A stretch of DNA of 64,000 nucleotides, from the NCBI RefSeq assembly GCF_036321535.1, contig NC_087447.1, forward strand, positions 50,098,001-50,162,000, in the 5' to 3' direction. Positions 61,109-64,000 of this stretch are shown here, one piece after another (the stretch's first letter is position 1; the number at the start of each line of letters is the position of its first letter). The stretch is from Camelus dromedarius. Its lineage: Eukaryota. A program made the translations under genes and the position numbers. Under the pieces are notes generated by a model. The model searched no databases, was not told the origin of the DNA, and worked only from the letters and a program-made list of their open reading frames with translations.

Positions 61109-64000
61109 AATAAAACTGAAATGAAATAAGTGGAAAGTGATTTATAATAAAAATACCTATCTCACTGTTCTCGCGCCCAGGCCTGGCTACCCTAAGAAGA
61201 CATAACAGAAGGATCTATGGGTGGCCTCCCTGTGATTGCAACTGCTGTGCATACAGACTGGGCCAGGTCACTCAAACGTCATGGGAAGTGTTGCCGTCAA
61301 CACTTAGTAATTTTTCCAAAATGGTAAACCAGTCTTAACAATGTTCTGAATAAAGGACAGTCTTCCCTCAATGTACAAGGTAGTTGTATTTCTGGAAAAT
61401 TCAGTGTATTAAAATCATGTAAAAAATACTTCGTGTTTATACATAAAACAGAGTTAGGTTCAAGGCACAGGTGATTACAAACAGGCTTTTCATTCACACA
61501 AGTGTCCCACAAAACTTTCAAATCATTCACACATATGTCCCACAAGACTTTCAAATGTCCCCACTCGCAAAATGCCAGGGGAGATCCCCAATCACTGTGA
61601 CATCAAAAAATCACTCTCACAGATTTCCAGTACAGTCCTTTGGTTTGGTACTTGGCATCTGTTGAGACCCACTGCCCCAAACACATACCCTTTCACCCCA
61701 GCAGGCCACTCTCCAAGACCCCTGCCACACTAGCTTTGTTAATTTGCTCATATACTGTCTTTCAAACTGTGACCTAGAATTTATCTGTCCATCTGTCCAT
61801 CCATCCATCTCCTCCATGCCAGGCCCAGGACTGACACCTAAGGAAGCAGGATGAAGCCAACCTGACCCCTGTCCTCAGGGATCTCCCAGGTGAGTGGGGA
61901 GACAGACACACAGAGGGACATCACAGACAGTGACAGTTCCACGTGCCAAGTGAGACCACAGGGGTGAGCGTCTTCGGCTGGTGTGTGTGGGTCATGGGCC
62001 AGAACACACCTTCGGTCCTGAACACCTGAGTATGATCCCGACCTGGGCAGGTACTCACTGTATGGCCTCAGCAAGAGGGGTCAGAGTCTCTGGGCTTCAG
62101 TTTTTCTCAGCTACAAAACTGGGGAGGTAAAAAGCCCAATTTCCCCCTCCCCCTCCCCAGGGCTGTTGTGCAGATAAAAGTGGGGATAAAACTCATGACA
62201 CCCCACAAGTCCTGACAGGGGCCTCACAGAATCAGAAGCGACCGGTCACTGGTCTTCCCTGGTGGACCTGTGTAGCTGGCTGCCAGCTCCTGAGGTCAAG
62301 AGGCTGTTCTGTGCAGGCCGGGCTGGGCGGATCTCTGCTGATGGGACAGTTAGTAGATAGTCTTGGCCTTCCCAGACCAGGAGTCACAGTGAACTTTACT
62401 TCCAGGGCTGGCTGAGCGCCCTCACTGGGCCTTTGCCTGCCTAGGACGGTTGGCTGGGTAAAGGCCCACCACTCATTAAGCTGAGCCCCAGCTCTGGGCC
62501 AGCCCTGATGGCCAATGACGATGGGGACACCAAGAAGAGCCAGACCGTCCTAGGGCCTGGGACCCCCCCCAGTCTGCAGAGAAGGCAAATATGTCATTGG
62601 GTCATTTGCCCCTCCCCATATTTTTGGCGTGTCCATGTCACGCCCCAGCAACCTCCATGTTACCTGTAGCTAATGGCCACACTTCAGTCCCCGCCATCCA
62701 TGGCCTCTCGGCTGCCTTTGGGCCCATGACCTTCCTCCTCCTCAGCCCTGTGACAGAGCCGCACTTTCCCAGGGGCGGGAGTGCCTCCCTCAGAGGTGGG
62801 CTCCGGGCTCTGGCCCCGGCACTCCTCTGCTGCATGACGCCACCTCGGGGAGGAGGAAATTGCCCCACTTCCCTGTCCTCCCCCAGCCCCAGTACACTCC
62901 CTGGCCCCACGGCCTGCAAAATAGCAAACAGCTGCTGTGACCATGGGCTGCCCAGACCCCGGGGGCCTGGGGGAAAGCGGGCCAAGGGGAACTTGGAGAG
63001 AGAGCTCTTAATAACATACCTTCCCCAAGCTGCTTCCAAAGAAACTTCTCCTCACAAATCATTCCATAAACACTTAGCAGGCTCTCAGGAAAGCGTGCAC
63101 GGCTCTCACCCGGCTATTAGGAGGCTCCTCACAAGTAAATTGAGACCAGGCAGCAGGGGCCTGTGCCAAATCCCCCTTCCTGCCCTCTTCCCAAATGGCG
63201 TCCCCCACCCTGGGCCCTTCAACTCCAAGGGCTGGGGTCCCCTCCCTTGCTGCTCTGGCCTTTCTTTAGGCTCCGGCCCCGTCTCCCTGCTAGGTAGAGG
63301 ATGCCCTGTTTCCCTGGAAACCAGCCCCCTACAGCCTTAGCTGCTGGGTTTCCAAGGAGCCCTCCTGGGCTGCTGTGTAGGGCCCAGACTAACATGTCTG
63401 AGGGCCACACCGCAGGCTAGGCCGGCGCATTCCCCGCTCTGTCCCAGCCATCCTCAGCCGAGGCTGCTGGTGCCTCTCAGGCTGGGGCTGCTCAATAGGG
63501 AAATAACTCTGGGTTCATCCAAGTCACGAGCTGGAAAATCCCTCCCATCCAACAACTCCCCTCCAGGGAAAGCATTGTGCAACTCCCTCAGCTGGCCAGT
63601 GGCCAGCCCTCGGCCGATATCCAGCACAGATCGGGAGTTACTTGATTGTTCGTAAGTTGACACATTTGCTTACAGGTTAGCAGCTCGCTTGTGTAATGAC
63701 TGCTGTCAGAGTCTTTGAGAACCAGAGCAAGGCCCGCCACCCCAACATCGTCCTCCATCATAATTGGTTCTGGAAAATGCTTCACAAATGACTGCCCCTT
63801 TTTTTAGGTTTGCCCAATATCATTTTAGAGAACAGAAGACTCAACTGCAAATAGAAATCATCAGTGAAATAAATAAAACATTCAGATGAAAATAAGCATG
63901 CAGATTTTTGGGCACTGAAATGAGCATTAGATAGACTTTGAGAGGCTTCGGTCATGGATCTTGGGTCAAGCTCAGCCTCTGACTTACTGGAGGGCTGATC

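Noticed and set aside
62591..63340. 249-aa ORF, the longest in the track
   Set aside because: Pro/Gly/Ser/Leu-rich with no recognisable domain or exon structure; expected by chance in GC-rich DNA.

Overview
Mammalian (probably camelid, judged from two tRNA-derived SINEs) genomic DNA containing the 5' part of WNT11 on the minus strand and about 51 kb of upstream intergenic DNA. Two coding exons of WNT11 are present (8540-8458 and 1211-976), along with a probable untranslated upstream first exon (about 12740-12467) under a TATA/TCF/CRE/GC-box promoter in a cluster of CpG islands. The remaining WNT11 exons lie off the left edge. A convergent pair of tRNA-Pro genes (AGG on +, TGG on -) sits in a CpG island at about 34.1-34.4 kb. 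The rest is repeat-rich: MIR/L2/L1 fragments, MLT1 LTRs, MER5A, MER81, a Tigger1 nested in MER63, a decayed ERVL-class pol remnant, and microsatellites including a perfect (GAAA)51. Several compact TALE/HOX/FOX motif clusters are candidate WNT11 enhancers. No prokaryotic-type system (CRISPR, operon) is present, and I found no convincing novel protein-coding gene. The most speculative new observation is a stop-free spliced leader in frame with the WNT11 ATG. Repeat family names are from recalled consensus sequences, not a database search.
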